From Octopus vulgaris (Eukaryota), in contig OX597831.1 of NCBI GenBank assembly GCA_951406725.2, forward strand, positions 57,660,001 through 57,724,000: a DNA stretch of 64,000 nt. Reading direction: 5' to 3'. How positions within the stretch are numbered: position 1 is the first letter of the stretch; the number at the start of each line of letters is the position of its first letter. The notes beneath the pieces were generated by a model. That model worked only from the letters and a program-made list of their open reading frames with translations. It searched no databases and was not told the DNA's origin. A program made the translations under genes and the position numbers. This document shows, piece after piece, positions 1-13,855 of the stretch.

Positions 1-234
1 AACCTTCCTCCCCTCCCCCCACACTATGTTGCTAACGATACAGTTTGCGTAGTGTTAAATGGTCGTGTGCTCCTCCCACCCCAAAATCATGGTAGTCATG
101 GCTTAACATCTTAGATTATAGGTCCATTTGGTCGAAGGGGCCTAAACAACAACAAAAACAATAACAAATCCTCAGATTCTTTTAACTTAGGAAGGATTTG
201 CCTTACTTCTTTAATTTGGTGGTGCTCTCCCTCT

Positions 235-890
235 CTCTCATATTTCATCCTCTCTCCTTTTCTCTTTCCCATGCTCCCTTCATTTTCTGTATTCTTGCCT
301 ATCTCTCCTATATCTTCCCTGCTCTCTCTCTTTCTCTACTTTCCCATATTTCATCCTCTCCCTCTTTGCTCCCTCCACTTTCTGTGTTGTTCATTCCTAT
401 CTCTGTCTCTCCCTTGCTCTCTCTCCAATCTCTCCCTCGCTTCTATCTCTCTCTCTCGCTCTCCTATATCTCTCTTCTTTCTCACATTTCATCCTCTCCC
501 TCTCTCTTTCCTTTGCTCCCTCCACTTTCTGTGTTGTTCATTCCTATCTCTGTCTCTCCCTTGCTCTCTCTCCAATCTCTCTCTCGCTCTCCTTTATCTC
601 TCTTCTTTCTCATATTTCATCCTCTCCCTCTCTCTTTCCTTTGCTCCCTCCTCTTTCTGTGTTATTCATTCCTGTCTCTGTCTCTCCCTTGCTCTCTCCA
701 ATCTCTCCCTCACTTCTATCTCTCTCTTGCTCTCCTATGTCTCTACTTTCTCATATTTCATTCTCTCTCTCACTCTTTCCTTTGCTCCCTCCACTTTCTC
801 TGTTGTTCATTCCTATTAGTCTCTCCCTTGCTCTCTCTCCTATCTCTCCCTCTTGCTCTCCCATCTCTCTCTCTCTCTCTCTCCCTCTCT
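235..890. repeat. CT-rich minisatellite, about 4 units of roughly 130-140 bp
   Basis: catatttcatcctctcc...ctttgctccctccactttctgtgttgttcattcc recurs near 345, 484, 611 and 752. Confidence 0.85.
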
Positions 891-1234
891 CTCATTGATT
901 CATTTTGTAGATTACTCCACACGTTTTACCTCTCAGCTTCCCAGTCACATCTGTTCTGTCTATCCAGTGAGGGTGGGGTCCCCACTCCTCCTCCTCTCAT
1001 TCCCATATCCTTCTATCTATCACTCCCAACTCATCAGTCGCACTCATCTCTCTCACTCTCACTCATCCCCTTCCTTCCTTCCTCCCACCCTCCCTCTCAG
1101 CCACCATAGCCAGCCATATGTGTTCTCCAGTTTCCTCATTAACAACAGTTTTCACTGACAGTATCTGTCATCATTGATCATATTGTAAATAGATTTCAGG
1201 TTTTACCTCTTCTATGTGGACACCTTCTGGTAGT

Positions 1235-3120
1235 CTACGCTGCTGCCGTTGCCGCCGCTGCTGCTCGTAGTGATGCTGCTATCAACATTAGAGTGGTGGT
1301 GGTGGTGGTGGTGGTGGTGATAGCTGCGGTAGTGGTAGTGGCGATGGTGGTAGTACTGCTACTAATAGTGATGGGGGTTGGTGTTGATGGTGGTTATGGT
1401 GGGGCTAGTATTAAGCTCTTTACTTTTTTTTTTGTTAATGGAAATGATATGATGATGATGATGATGATGATGATACTTGTGGCCACAGCAGCAGTAGTAG
1501 TTGAGGGATGTGATGCTACTGATGATGGTGGTGGTCGTGGTGGTCGTGGTCGTGGTGTGCTGTAATAGGTGATAGTTTGAGTGGTGATGTTATAAGAGAG
1601 AGGGAGGTGGGGAGGGAGAGAGAGGGGGAGAGGGATTGTTAATAATTGTTTCTCTTTAACTTGATGAAACATTAAGAATGATGATAATGATGGCCACTAA
1701 AATGATAATGTTGTGGTTGGTGTCAGTTTGTGTGTGTGTGTGTGTATGTGTGTGTGTATGTATGTGTGTGTGTATGTGTGTGTGTCTATGAGGTAGTGGC
1801 ACAGGTTCCATCTAATATCAACAATTGGGTGAGTGATGTAAGAGACTTAGTGCACAGACAGATGGTGGTGGTGGTAGTAGTGGTCATGATAATGATGACG
1901 GTAATGGTAGTGGCGGTAGAGGTGATGGCGATAGTAGAAATGATGATGATGATGATGATGGTTTAATTTTAGGTAGGTTAAAATAGTAGTGATGGTATTG
2001 TTATTTGGTGGTGATGATGGTGATGATGGTGATGCTGGTGGTGGTTTCCCATAATAGCAACAATAAAGATAGCAGAAATGGGAGGGTCTCTTTAAGTGTT
2101 GGTAATGAGGCTGATACCATTGGTGGCGGCAGTGGCGGTGATGTTGGCAGTTGTGATGGTGATGCTGGGTTCTTTTAATATGGATACAAGTGATGTTGGG
2201 GCTAGTATTAAGTTGTGATGGCGGTAGTAGTGGTAATGGTGGTTGATTTGTTTAGCCCCAGGTCAGCTCTGGCCGGAGGTGTTCCTGTCTTTTCCAAACC
2301 ATCTCACTTAGCCTCTTGCTGGATATCTAAGACTACATTATCCAAATGTGTTCTTCCTTAATTTTTAAGACTAGTTGATTGAGCATGATTTAAGGAAAAT
2401 TTAGCTGCTATTTCTAGCAAGTGATACGCCCACAGAGCTTCTCTTATTGGCTTTGGCTCGGCTCTCTGTTTGTTGTTGGTGATATTAGAGGGGGCAATTA
2501 TGGTGGTGGTGGTGGTGGTGGTAGTCAAGGGGATGATAGTAGTAGTAAATGTGGTGACGATGGTGGTATCAGAGATGTTGATGCTGACGGTGGTTGTGGT
2601 GGTGGTATGAATAGTGATGATGATGGTTGTTCTCTTAAGATTTGTATTTGTTATGGTTCTTTACCATGGTGATAGAACTGAGTGGTAGTGGTAGTGATGA
2701 TGTTGGTCTTTGATGATGATGATGATGATGGCGGCGGTGGTTGGTGGGCGACGTTACTCTTTAACAGTTAGGAACATGTGGTGGTGGTAGTAGTGGTAGT
2801 GGTGGTGGTGGTGGTGGTGGTGGAGGGGCACATGTTGGCTGATGTTAGTAAGTGGGGTGGATGGGTGGGGGGACTCACTTTAAATAATTGTGGTGGCGGT
2901 ATTGATGTTCATGTTGACTGGTGTTGCAGCAGCAGCAGCAACAGTAGTAGTAGTAGTAGTAGTAGTAGTAGTTGATATAGATGATGTATGGTGAATACTC
3001 CTAGAACTAGGAGTAATAGTAAAGGCAAAAGTTGTGGTGGTAGCAGTAGTAGTAGTAATAGTAGTAGTAGTAGTTGTTGTAGTAGTAGTAGTAGTAGTAG
3101 TAGTAACACTAGTAGTAAAT
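1235..3120. repeat. Strand-biased trinucleotide low-complexity region (GGT/GAT/AGT)n
   Basis: Many degenerate ggt/gat/agt runs. Confidence 0.85.
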
Positions 3121-3254
3121 TGATAGGCTGCTGCCATAAACATCAGTAAATGTACTAACTGCACAGACACTGCAAAATTCCACCCTGCATTCCCACTATT
3201 ATTGCCGCAGTTGGTGCATCACTTGCCTGACATCTCTATTGATTAAACGCTTTC

Positions 3255-3279
3255 TTTGTATGTATGCATCTAGCCTCTC

Positions 3280-3314
<35 letters not shown>

Positions 3315-3775
3315 ACATATAGATATATATGTATGTTTGTTTCTATCTATCTGTTTGTCTGTCTGTCGCTGTCTCTCTCTCTCTCTCTCTCATAGACACA
3401 CACACACAATCTCGTCATTTGCTTTGTATGTGTGCATCTAGCCTCTGTATGTGTGTGTGTATATATATATGTATAGATAGATATATGTTTGTTTCTATCT
3501 ATCTATTTGACTGTCTGTTACTGTCTCTCTCCCTCTCATACACACACACACACATCTTTTCATTTGCTTTGTATGTGTGAATTTGGCCTGTGTGTGTGTG
3601 TGTGAGTGTATGTATATATATATATGTGTGTGTGTGTGTGTATGTATATATATATATATATATGTATGTTTGTTTCTATCTATCTGTTTGTCTGTCGCTG
3701 TCTCTCTCTCCCTCTTGTACACACACATCTCGTCATTTGCTTTGAATGTGTGCGTCTAGCCTGTGTATGTGTGTC

Positions 3776-3809
<34 letters not shown>

Positions 3810-3859
3810 GATAGATAGATATATGTATGTTTGTTTCTATCTATTTGTCTATCACTAAC

Positions 3860-3895
<36 letters not shown>

Positions 3896-3954
3896 ATACA
3901 CACACACACAACACATCTTATGCATCTAGCCTCTGTGTGTGTGTGTGTATGAGT

Positions 3955-3994
<40 letters not shown>

Positions 3995-4040
3995 TTGTCT
4001 CTGTCTGTCTGTCTCTGTCTCTCTCTCTACAAACACACAG
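3255..4040. repeat. Compound tandem repeat, about 150-bp unit built from (GT)(AT)(CT)(CA) microsatellites
   Basis: Spacers ctagcctctgt, tgtttgtttctatctat and ctcgtcatttgcttt recur 4-5 times. Confidence 0.8.
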
Positions 4041-4381
4041 ACACATCCCTCCATCCTTTTGTCTATCTCATTTATTTTGTCTATCTATCTATCTTTCTGT
4101 TTCTTTTGATTTCTTAGTCTTTCTCTTTGTTCTTCCTATTTCTCTGTCTGTCCTTTTTTTTCTTCTTTTTATCTGTCTGTCTCTCTTCTTTTTCCCTATT
4201 TTACTCTCTCTACCCGACTTTATCTCTGTCACTTCTCTTCTTATCTGCCTCTCTGTCTCTCTCCTCCTCTTATTCTTATCTGTCTGCACCCCACCACCAC
4301 TCTCTCCTCTTTCTATTTCTCTCTGAGTCTCTTCCTTTTTTTCCATTATATACATCTCTCTATCTTCCCTCTTTCTTCCTA

Positions 4382-4438
<57 letters not shown>

Positions 4439-4557
4439 CTCTGATTTCTTTAATATATTTCTATTTATCAGCCAGTGTTTTTGTCTTTTGTCTACCTGAC
4501 TTAGTTCGTTGTCATATTTTTTTTTCTTTCTGTCTGTCTGTCTCTTTCTTGTGTGCG

Positions 4558-4602
<45 letters not shown>

Positions 4603-4627
4603 TTATACATACACAAAACTCTCTCTC

Positions 4628-4686
<59 letters not shown>

Positions 4687-6272
4687 TTGTGTAGTTCTCT
4701 TTTTGTGTCAGGCGTTTTTCTCTCTTTCTTATTTGGTCTCATCACTACCACGGCAGTCATCATCATCATCATCAATATCAGTATTTGCCTGTCTATTTAA
4801 AGTTTCTTGGCCTTGCTGCTAGATAGGGAGTCATTCATTGTTGGCGTCGCCCCTGACAACTCCACTGGTCAATCAGAATCCTCATCGTATTATTTTGATG
4901 GTGATTGCTTACAAAGCCAGTGGTTTTTCTTATTTTGAAATGCTGGCAATAGTTGTGTGGTAGCAGTGGTGGTGGTGGTGGTGGTGGTGAAGGTATGGTG
5001 GTAGCTGCAGTGTAGTCCCAGGTCAGCTTTGATTTAGCAAACCTATGGATCAGAGACATTCTTAACATGACCACCCCGTCTCATTCAAACAGTGCACCCA
5101 GAACAACACTATCCAATGTACCCTTTCTTGTTTAACCCTGTTGTTACCATATTTCTGTTGAAATACATTCTCTCTGTTTCATTCATTTTGAAAATAATGA
5201 ATTTAGTGAAATAACTTTGCCATTACTACGCTGTTGTTTGGAACCGAAATTGACATGAAATTTTGGTGTAAGGTTTTAATTTAGGTCATTTTAAGACAGG
5301 AAGTTTGTATCACAAACCAGGGACAGTCTCGGGTGGATTGGTATCAAAAGGGTGAAGATTGTAATGTAAGAGTTGAAGGAGGTTGAGACTGCTATTTCTA
5401 GTTGGTCAAGTAACTGATCAATGTAGAGGCCCTCTCATTAGCTCTAGTTGCTTGCTGTAAGGATTAATGGGGTATCAGAAAAGTTGGATGCCACCCTAAT
5501 CAATGCCTTCCAAATTTTGTTAGAGTCAACTTTGCCTTTAACATCTCCAAGATTTCTGTTATTGTTTGGTCCCAGGTCAGTCCTGGTCAGGTAGACTTAT
5601 GATGTGATCAAAGATTCTCTGGTCAGGACCATCCAGGGAGACATATGTATCCGGTACCATCTAATGAAATATGTACCTGTTTTACTAAGATTGAAGTGTG
5701 ATTTAAGGGACATTTGGTTAATATTTCTTATTTCTTTACTGCCCACAAGGGGCTACACACAGCGAGGACAAACAAGGACAGACAAACGGATTAAGTCGAT
5801 TATATCAACCCCATTGCGTAACTGGTACTTATTTAATTGACCCCAAAAGGATGAAAGGTAAAGTTGACCTCGGCGGAACATAGCGGCGCTAAGCATTTTG
5901 CCCGGCATGCTAACATTTCTGCCAGCTTGCCGCCTTATTTGGTTAATATTTCTCTCAGTTTGAAGGTGGCAAGCTGGTGGAATCATTAGCATGCTGGGCA
6001 GAATGCTTAGCAGCATTTAGCCTGTCTTTATGTTTTGAGTTCAAATTCTTTCTAGGTTGACTTTGCCTTTCATTCTTTTGGGGTTGATAAAAATGAGTAC
6101 CAGTTGAGCACTGTGGTCACAGTTTCAGAAAGGGATAGAAGTGTGCCTTAGTAAAATAGGTACCAGTAATTTATAAACAGTCAATCAAGTTATGTAAAAA
6201 GTTGGATTAGTGTCTAGAGTGAAGGATAAAATGCTATGCGGTATTGAGTTATGACACTTTACATTCTGAGTT

Positions 6273-6366
<94 letters not shown>

Positions 6367-6969
6367 TACTGTCTTATGTTGCTTTGATATCACATGGTAG
6401 TTGTAAACAAGTGTCACCATCATGCAAGCAGTTTCCAATATTCTGAGAGAACACATCTGGTCAGGGAGGAAATATTGCCTCTCCCATGGAAACAGATGCG
6501 GGTTGGCATCAGGAAGAGCATCAACATGCAGAAAATTTGCTCCAACAAATTCTGTCCAACCCATGTAAACATGGAACAGTGGTCATTAAATGATGACAAT
6601 GTTGATAGATATATATTGTGTGTGTGTGTGTGTGTATGTGTGTAGATAAAAGATAAAGATCCCCTTTGGTCATGAATGAATGGGATTGCACCTAGAATTT
6701 CCCTTCTGAGGCACAAGTCCGAGAAAGGTTTATAGAAGATCAGCAGTTTGGCAATAGACCATGCTTGAGAAGACTCATCAAGCCAAGTGAAATCAGAGTT
6801 ATAGCCAATGCTGGTGTCACATAATTGGCATGTAAAAAAAGCACTCGTTACATTCCTGGAGTGGTTGGCATTAGGAAGGGCATCCAGCCATAGAAACCAC
6901 ACTAAACCAGACTGGTTTATAGAAGACCATGGATACCAGCCTCCCTTCTACACACTACTGATATTATAT

Positions 6970-7262
6970 ACAAATATATGGGAACCTACCACCTGTATCA
7001 GCTCTTGTGAAAGGTAGAAGAGTCTAGTTTGCTGGACATTGTTGTAGAGCTGAAAACGAGGTAATTTCTACTCTTCTCCTCTGGAAGCCATCTGCTCGCA
7101 ATACCAGAGGGCACACACTCTCCTACCCTGATGTAATCTCCAGGGATACAGGCATCCAGCAACAGGACCTCCGTAATGCTATGATGGACCGTGAAGTCTG
7201 GCGTAACATAGTAAATTCCATTGTCTCGACCATGGTCGAACAATGATGATGATGATGATGAT
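6970..7262 (+). mobile_element. RTE-like LINE 3' fragment (further copies at 35505-35735 and 51995-52274)
   Basis: Encodes ...FAGHCCRAENE...AMMDREVWRNIV; (GAT)n tail; three near-identical copies. Confidence 0.75.
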
Positions 7263-8097
7263 ATTATCCAAGGGAAAGACCAAGGCTGATACAGCTTGGC
7301 ACTAGCAACATTGCAACTCATTTCTACAGCTGAGTGAAGCGGAGCAACACGAAATAGTGTCTTCCTCAAGAACACGCGCACAGCCTGGTCCAAGAATCGA
7401 ACTTACTACCTTTTGATTATGAGCTCGGCACTCCTACCACTGAGCATCTATCTAAACATGCATGTGTGTATTATTGAGTTGAGCTTCATGTAAGCTTTTG
7501 TTTTGAGTAGATCAAGAATATGCTGACCATGATTATCCTGATTTTTCTTTAGTATTTTTCTCGTTTTTGGTATATTAGGGACTATATTGCTTAACGATTC
7601 TTGTTAAAACAACAGATTGTGATTTAAAGAGGATTTTGTTGCCTTTTCTTGCATGTTGTGTCACTTCAGAGGATATCTTATTTGTTCACTGTATGTGTGT
7701 GTGTGAATCATTTTCTGTGTGTTTGTGTGTGTTTGTGCATGCGTGCAGAGATGAAAGGTAAATAGGCAGAGACAGACTTCCAATGTTGCCATTACAAGCT
7801 GGTTGTAATGGCAACAATACACAGTTATATCTCCTTGATGGCTAAACTGTTGGAAAATCTCTTATTAAATCTGGATTAGGCTACCGATGAAACAAACCCC
7901 CCACCTCCCACTTTCTATCTCCCTTTCTCTTTCTTTCTACTAGCCTCCCCCCCTTTCTTTGTTGGTCTCTGCCGCGCTTCTCTGTTTCCTTATTTCACAC
8001 AATTATATCATTACTACACCTGTCATTTTCTCTTGGATACATGCATATTTACACGCACACACATGCATATAAAGATATACGTATGTGTATGCATATA

Positions 8098-8480
8098 CTC
8101 TCTTTTTACTCTTTTACTTGTTTCAGTCATTTGACTGCGGCCATGCTGGAGCACCGCCTTTAATCGAGCAACTCGACCCCGGGACTTATTCTTTTGTAAG
8201 CCCAGTACTTATTCTATCGGTCTCTTTTGCTGAACCGCTAAGTAACGGGGACATAAACACACCAGCATCGGTTGTCAAGCAATGCTAGGGGACAAACACA
8301 GACACACAAACACATATATATATATATATATACATATATACGACAGGCGTCTTTCAGTTTCCATCTACCAAATCCACTCACAAGGCTTTGGTCAGCACGA
8401 GGCTATAGTACAGTGGGACTGAACCCGGAACCATGTGGTTGGTAGACAAGTTACTTACCACACAGCCACTCCTGCGCCTA
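8098..8480 (-). mobile_element. tRNA-derived SINE family A
   Basis: Reverse complement of the 23229-23632 copy. Confidence 0.85.
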
Positions 8481-8772
8481 TGTGTATATAAATATATGTG
8501 TATATAAATCTATAAATTTATCTATAAATGTTAATGTGTGTGTGTGTGCGTATCTGTGTGTACACAGACCCACACCTACACACAGATGGATAGATTAACG
8601 AATAAGATTAGATTGTGTGATTAAGAATTTTACTACCATTTGGTTGTGACGCTCAGTTTTACTGCACTGCTCCTTGGGTACTTATTCCTATAAAATTAGT
8701 TTGACTGAGTAGTCTCCCACTAATTGTCATGATAAAATCCACAAATATTATTGAAAGACTTAGAACGAAGCT

Positions 8773-9152
8773 TTAACCATTTAGCATTTAAACCAGCCAT
8801 ATTAGGCCAAAATATTCCACATGTTTATATGTTCAAACTGGTGAGATCTGGCCTCTCACACTGACCCTACAATATCGTTCTTAAAATTAACAGTTACCTC
8901 TTTAAAATCTCAAAGCTACAACCTAATGAGGGCAGCTGCATCGAACTCTCTCATGCACCAGATGGCAATTGCTAAAAAGCATTCGTGAAGTAAAATCATG
9001 TAGCAACACCAAATGGCGGTGCCCCAGCATGGCCACAGCTTGTAAGCTGAAACTAGATTTTAAAAAAATAAATAATGCATGATTAATACAAAATAATGAA
9101 AATAAATAAGCATTACTTCTGACAGAATTAATGTGAAAACTAAAGTGTTAAA
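8773..9152. mobile_element. piggyBac-like MITE interrupted by a CR1 3' fragment (about 8925-9065)
   Basis: TTAACC.TTTAGCATT terminus; body shared with 41020-41248; insert encodes RAAASNSLMHQ followed by the ccccagcatggccacagc tail. Confidence 0.7.
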
Positions 9153-9221
9153 CTTGATAATAGAAAGAATATATACATTTGCAACTTTTTATTTTCCTTT
9201 ATTTGAAGTGTAAAAAAAAAG

Positions 9222-9642
9222 AAAATACCTATTTCTTTACTACCCACAAGGGGCTAAACACAGAGGGGACAAACAAGGAAAGACAAATGGATTAAGTTGA
9301 TTATATCCCCTCGCCAGTGCGTAACTGGTACTTATTTAATCGACCCCGAAAGGATGAAAGACAAAGTCCACCTCGGCAGAATTTGAACTCAGAACGTAAC
9401 TGCAGACAAAATACCTATTTCTTTACTACCCACAAGGGGGTGAACACAGAGGAGACAAACAAGGTCAGACAAAGGGATTAAGTCGATTACATTGACCCCA
9501 ATGCGTAACTGGTACTTAATTTATCGACCCTGAAAGGATGAAAGGCAAAGTCGACCTCGGGGGAATTTGAACTCAGAATGTAACGGCAGACAAAATATGG
9601 CTATGCAGTTTGCCCGGCGTGCTAACGTTTCTGCCAGCCCTT
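9222..9642 (-). mobile_element. SINE family B, dimeric body
   Basis: Two tandem bodies of about 185 bp; homologous to 34914-35146. Confidence 0.85.
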
Positions 9643-10686
9643 TTACTAAATACCACTTAGTAAAAGAATAACAATAAAGTGGCATAAACATGGCTGTGGG
9701 GTTAAGGAGCTTGCTTTGCAACCATGTAGTCCTGAGTTCAGTTCTGTTGCATGATACCTTGGACAAGTGTCCTCTGTAGCACTGGGCTGGCCAATGCCTT
9801 GTGAGCTTGACAGATGAGTACTGTGCAGAAGCTTGTTTTGTGTATATTTGTGTTTGTCTCACTGCTTGACAACCAGTGTTGGTTTGTTGACATCTCTGTA
9901 ACTTAGCTGTCATGGTGAGTCATAGTGAATCTCTCATTAGCTGATTACTCAAGCATGGACACCACCCCTATGGATGCGTTGCAGTTACTCTCTATAGAGC
10001 TTGGTGATCCTGACCTATGACTCGAGTTCCCAATTCAAATTCATAATAATGGAATTGGATGGCAACACAGAATAATGGGAATCTGTTAAAGCAGTGGGAG
10101 TGGGGGCAGAGAAGAACTTAGCTCTACAGCCTGACGGAATAAGTATCATCATCATCATCATCATCATTTAGTGTCTGCTTTCCATGCTGGCATGGGTTAG
10201 TCGGTTTGACTGGAATTGGTAAGCTGGAGATTTGCACCAAATTCCAGTCTGGTTTAGTGTGGTATTTATAGCTGGATGCCCTTCCTAACACCAACCACTC
10301 CCGGAGTGTAATGAATGCTTTTTACATGCCAGTTATGTGACGCTAGCATCGGCCATAACTATGATTTCACTTTCTTGTAAAATAAGTGAGGGTTGGTGAC
10401 GGGAAGGGCATCCAACCGTAGAAAATCTGTAAGTAGATGTTACAAAGATGATGATGATGATGAATGAAAGTTTGTGGAAACTAAGAAAATTATCTTATAA
10501 TTACCATTTCCCATTTTCTTTTTTGTGAACATAGGCACAGGAATGGCTGTGTGGTAAGTAGCTTGCTTACCAACCACATGGTTCCGAGTTCAGTCCCACT
10601 GCGTGGCATCTTGGGCAAGTGTCTTCTACTATAGCCTTGGGTTGACCAAAGCCTTGTGAGTGGATTTGGTAGGTAGATATATATAA

Positions 10687-10917
10687 AAGGCGACGAGCTG
10701 GCAGAACCTTTAGCACGCCGGGTGAAATGCGTAGCTGTATTTCGTCTGCCGTTACGTTCAGAGTTCAAATCACGCCGAGGTCGACTTTGCCTTTCATCCT
10801 TTCGGGGTCGATAAATTAAGTATCAGTTACGCAGTGGGGTTGATGTAATCGACTCAATCCGTTAGTCTGTCCTTGTTTGTCCCTTCTATGTTTAGCCCCT
10901 TGTGGGCAATAAAGAAA
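10687..10917 (+). mobile_element. SINE family B
   Basis: aaggcg.cgagctggcagaa head, gagttcaaat B-box-like motif, gactttgcctttcatcctttcggggtcg central domain. Confidence 0.85.
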
Positions 10918-11006
10918 CAGATATATATATATACGTCGACCACATAGTGGTTACTCTCTTATATTTATGTATAAAATTTATCGAAATCCAGGTTTTTATG
11001 CACTAA

Positions 11007-11057
<51 letters not shown>

Positions 11058-11918
11058 CTTTCCCGGCCGATGCAACTTAACTTTTGGCGTTAGGAAGGGC
11101 ATCCAGCCGTAGAAACATTGCCAGATCAAACTGGGCCTGGTGCAGCCTTCTGGCTTCCCAGACCCTAGTTGAACCGTCCAACCCATGCTAGCATGGAAAG
11201 CGGACGCTAAATGATGATGATGATATATATATATCTGTATGTATGTATGTATGTATGTATGTATGTATGTATGTATATATGTGTGTGTGTGTGTGTGTAT
11301 GTTTGTGTGTCTGTGTTTGCACCCCTTTAACTTAATGGTTCGACAGTAAAGTCTGATAGAATAAGTACTAGGCTTACAAAGAATAAGTTCTGGGGTCGAT
11401 TTGCTCGACTAAAGGCAGTGCTCCAGCATGGCCACAGTCAAATGACTGAAACAAATAAAAGAATATGTTTTAAACAACCATTTCTTGTTTTATCACAACA
11501 CTCTAATTCCATTTTCCTGACATGACCACATTGTATGAGTATGGACATGCTTTTGTGCTTTATGTAAATTATTTAGTGTGTGTGTACTAAGTTTCTACCT
11601 AACAAAGTCCATATAACAAGGCATTGGTTAACCCAAGGGCAAGGTAGAAGAAAGTTACCCCGGTTGCAAAGTGGACTTTTTTTTTTTCTAATTTATGGCC
11701 TGTACCCCATTCCAGACATTTTCTTCTACGGGCCTTCATACTCTCCGGCAACATCCTTTAGCCAGGAATATGGCATTGGTTTCAATCAATACTAAGCAAC
11801 TAAATGGCTATCCAGTTTACACCTGGCATTGATTTCTTTACCATGGCTGCTTTGTTGCCATTTGCACCAATAACATGAGTATTACACAAAGTACACAACA
11901 TTTATTAAATCATATGTG

Positions 11919-11960
<42 letters not shown>

Positions 11961-12831
11961 TATAACAGCATGCGCATATGCACACGCATACACGCAAATG
12001 CTATAAATATATGGATTTCTGTCAACAAAGTGCCCAGTTGTTTGATCACCTGAGCTACTTACTGAATTTGCACTTAGTTGACTGAGTATTCCACAGACAT
12101 ATATGCCATTAATGTAATCCTCAAAGTAGACTCAGTGTGATTCAGTGTCTGACAACAGAGCATACCTTCAACCATTGAGCATTTAAACCAGCTATATCCG
12201 GCCCAAATATTCTACCTGTTTTATGTTTAAACTGGCCATACCCAGCCAATATATTCTACCAAGTTTTGTGTTTGAATTGGTCAGATCCAGCCTCTTACAC
12301 CTACCCTACAATGTAACTTTAAAAGTAAATAATCACACCATTGAAATCCCAAAACTATGAGATAATGCATGATTAATTCAATGGGAATACATAAGCATTG
12401 CATTTGACAGGATAATCTGAATGCTAAAGGTTAAATTAAATGTGTTGTCCATTACATAACCCTGGGCTTCGACACAGTCTCTGTCTTTTCACTTTTCACT
12501 CTCAAGATGTGGGTTGACTCGAGACCATAGTAAATGACACTAGCCCAATAAGTCACGATTGCCATGCAAACTTCTTAACCATTTGGCCATATTGTGAACC
12601 CGCGCACACACACAAGCACATATTCTGAGGTTGATCTTGGTTATATTTATGTATCATCATCATCATCATCATCATCATTATCGTTTTAATGTTCACTCTT
12701 CCATGCTTACATGAGTTTGATGGAATTTATTTGTGGAAGATTTTTCTACAGCCGGATGCTCTTCATGTCACCAACCTTCATCTGTTTCTGCGTAAGATAA
12801 TATTTCCTCATGGCCAGATATGTTCTAACAG

Positions 12832-13066
12832 AAGGCGGTGAGCTGGCAGAAACGTTAGCACGCTGGGCGAAATGCTTAGCAGCATTTCATCTAACGTTAA
12901 GTTCTGAGTTCAAATTCCGCCGACGTCGACTTTGCCTTTCATCCTTTCGGGGTCAATAAATTAAGTACCAGTTACACACTGGGGTCGATGTAATCAACTT
13001 AATCCCTTTGTTTGTCCTTGTTTGTCCTCTCTGTGTGTAGCCCCTTGTGGGCAGTACAGAAATAAG
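12832..13066 (+). mobile_element. SINE family B
   Basis: Full-length match to the other B copies. Confidence 0.85.
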
Positions 13067-13456
13067 AATATTTGAAAGGAATGACACTGCTTGTATGACG
13101 GTGACAATCATTTACAACTACCACAGATGTGAAGACAAGGAGAGAGAGAGAGAGAGAGAGAGAGATGCATGCACACACACTGAATTTCTTATAATTTCTT
13201 TCTGCTAAATCCACTAACAAGGCTGGTGCTTAATATGGATCCATGCCATCCTAGAGAAATTGATATGTGACCAGTTGTGATTGTGATGGTGAAATAGGAT
13301 GATTGGGATAATGTTGATGATGGTGATGACATGCATATCCACATGTGAAAACATCTTCCAACCATAAAGGGCTCTTGCACAAAAATGTATACATAATATG
13401 CAGACTTACATTTACTCACACGCATGCACACACACACACAATACACACACACCCAT

Positions 13457-13855
13457 ACTCTTTACTCTTTTACCCTTTCACTTGTTTCAGTCATTTGACT
13501 GCGGCCATGCTGGAGCACTGCTTTTAGTCAAGCAAATCGACTCCAGGACTTATTCTTTGTAAGCTTAGTGCTTATTCTATCGGTTTCTTTTGCCAAACCG
13601 CTAAGTTACAGGGACGTAACACACCAGCATCGGTTGTCAAGCGATGTTGGAGGGCACAAACACACACACACACATATATATACATATATATGACAGGCTT
13701 CTTTCAGTTTCCGTCTACCAAATCCACTCACAAGGCTTTGGTTGGCCTGAGGCTATAGTAAAAGACACTTGCCCAAGATGCCACGCAGTGAGACTGAACC
13801 CAGAACCATGAGGTTGGTAAGCAAGCTACTTACCATACAGCAACTCCTGTGCCTA
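13457..13855 (-). mobile_element. SINE family A
   Basis: Full-length reverse-complement copy. Confidence 0.85.

Noticed and set aside
198-1109. 303-aa Leu/Ser-rich ORF
   Set aside because: Translation of a CT minisatellite that cannot easily contain stops; non-ATG start
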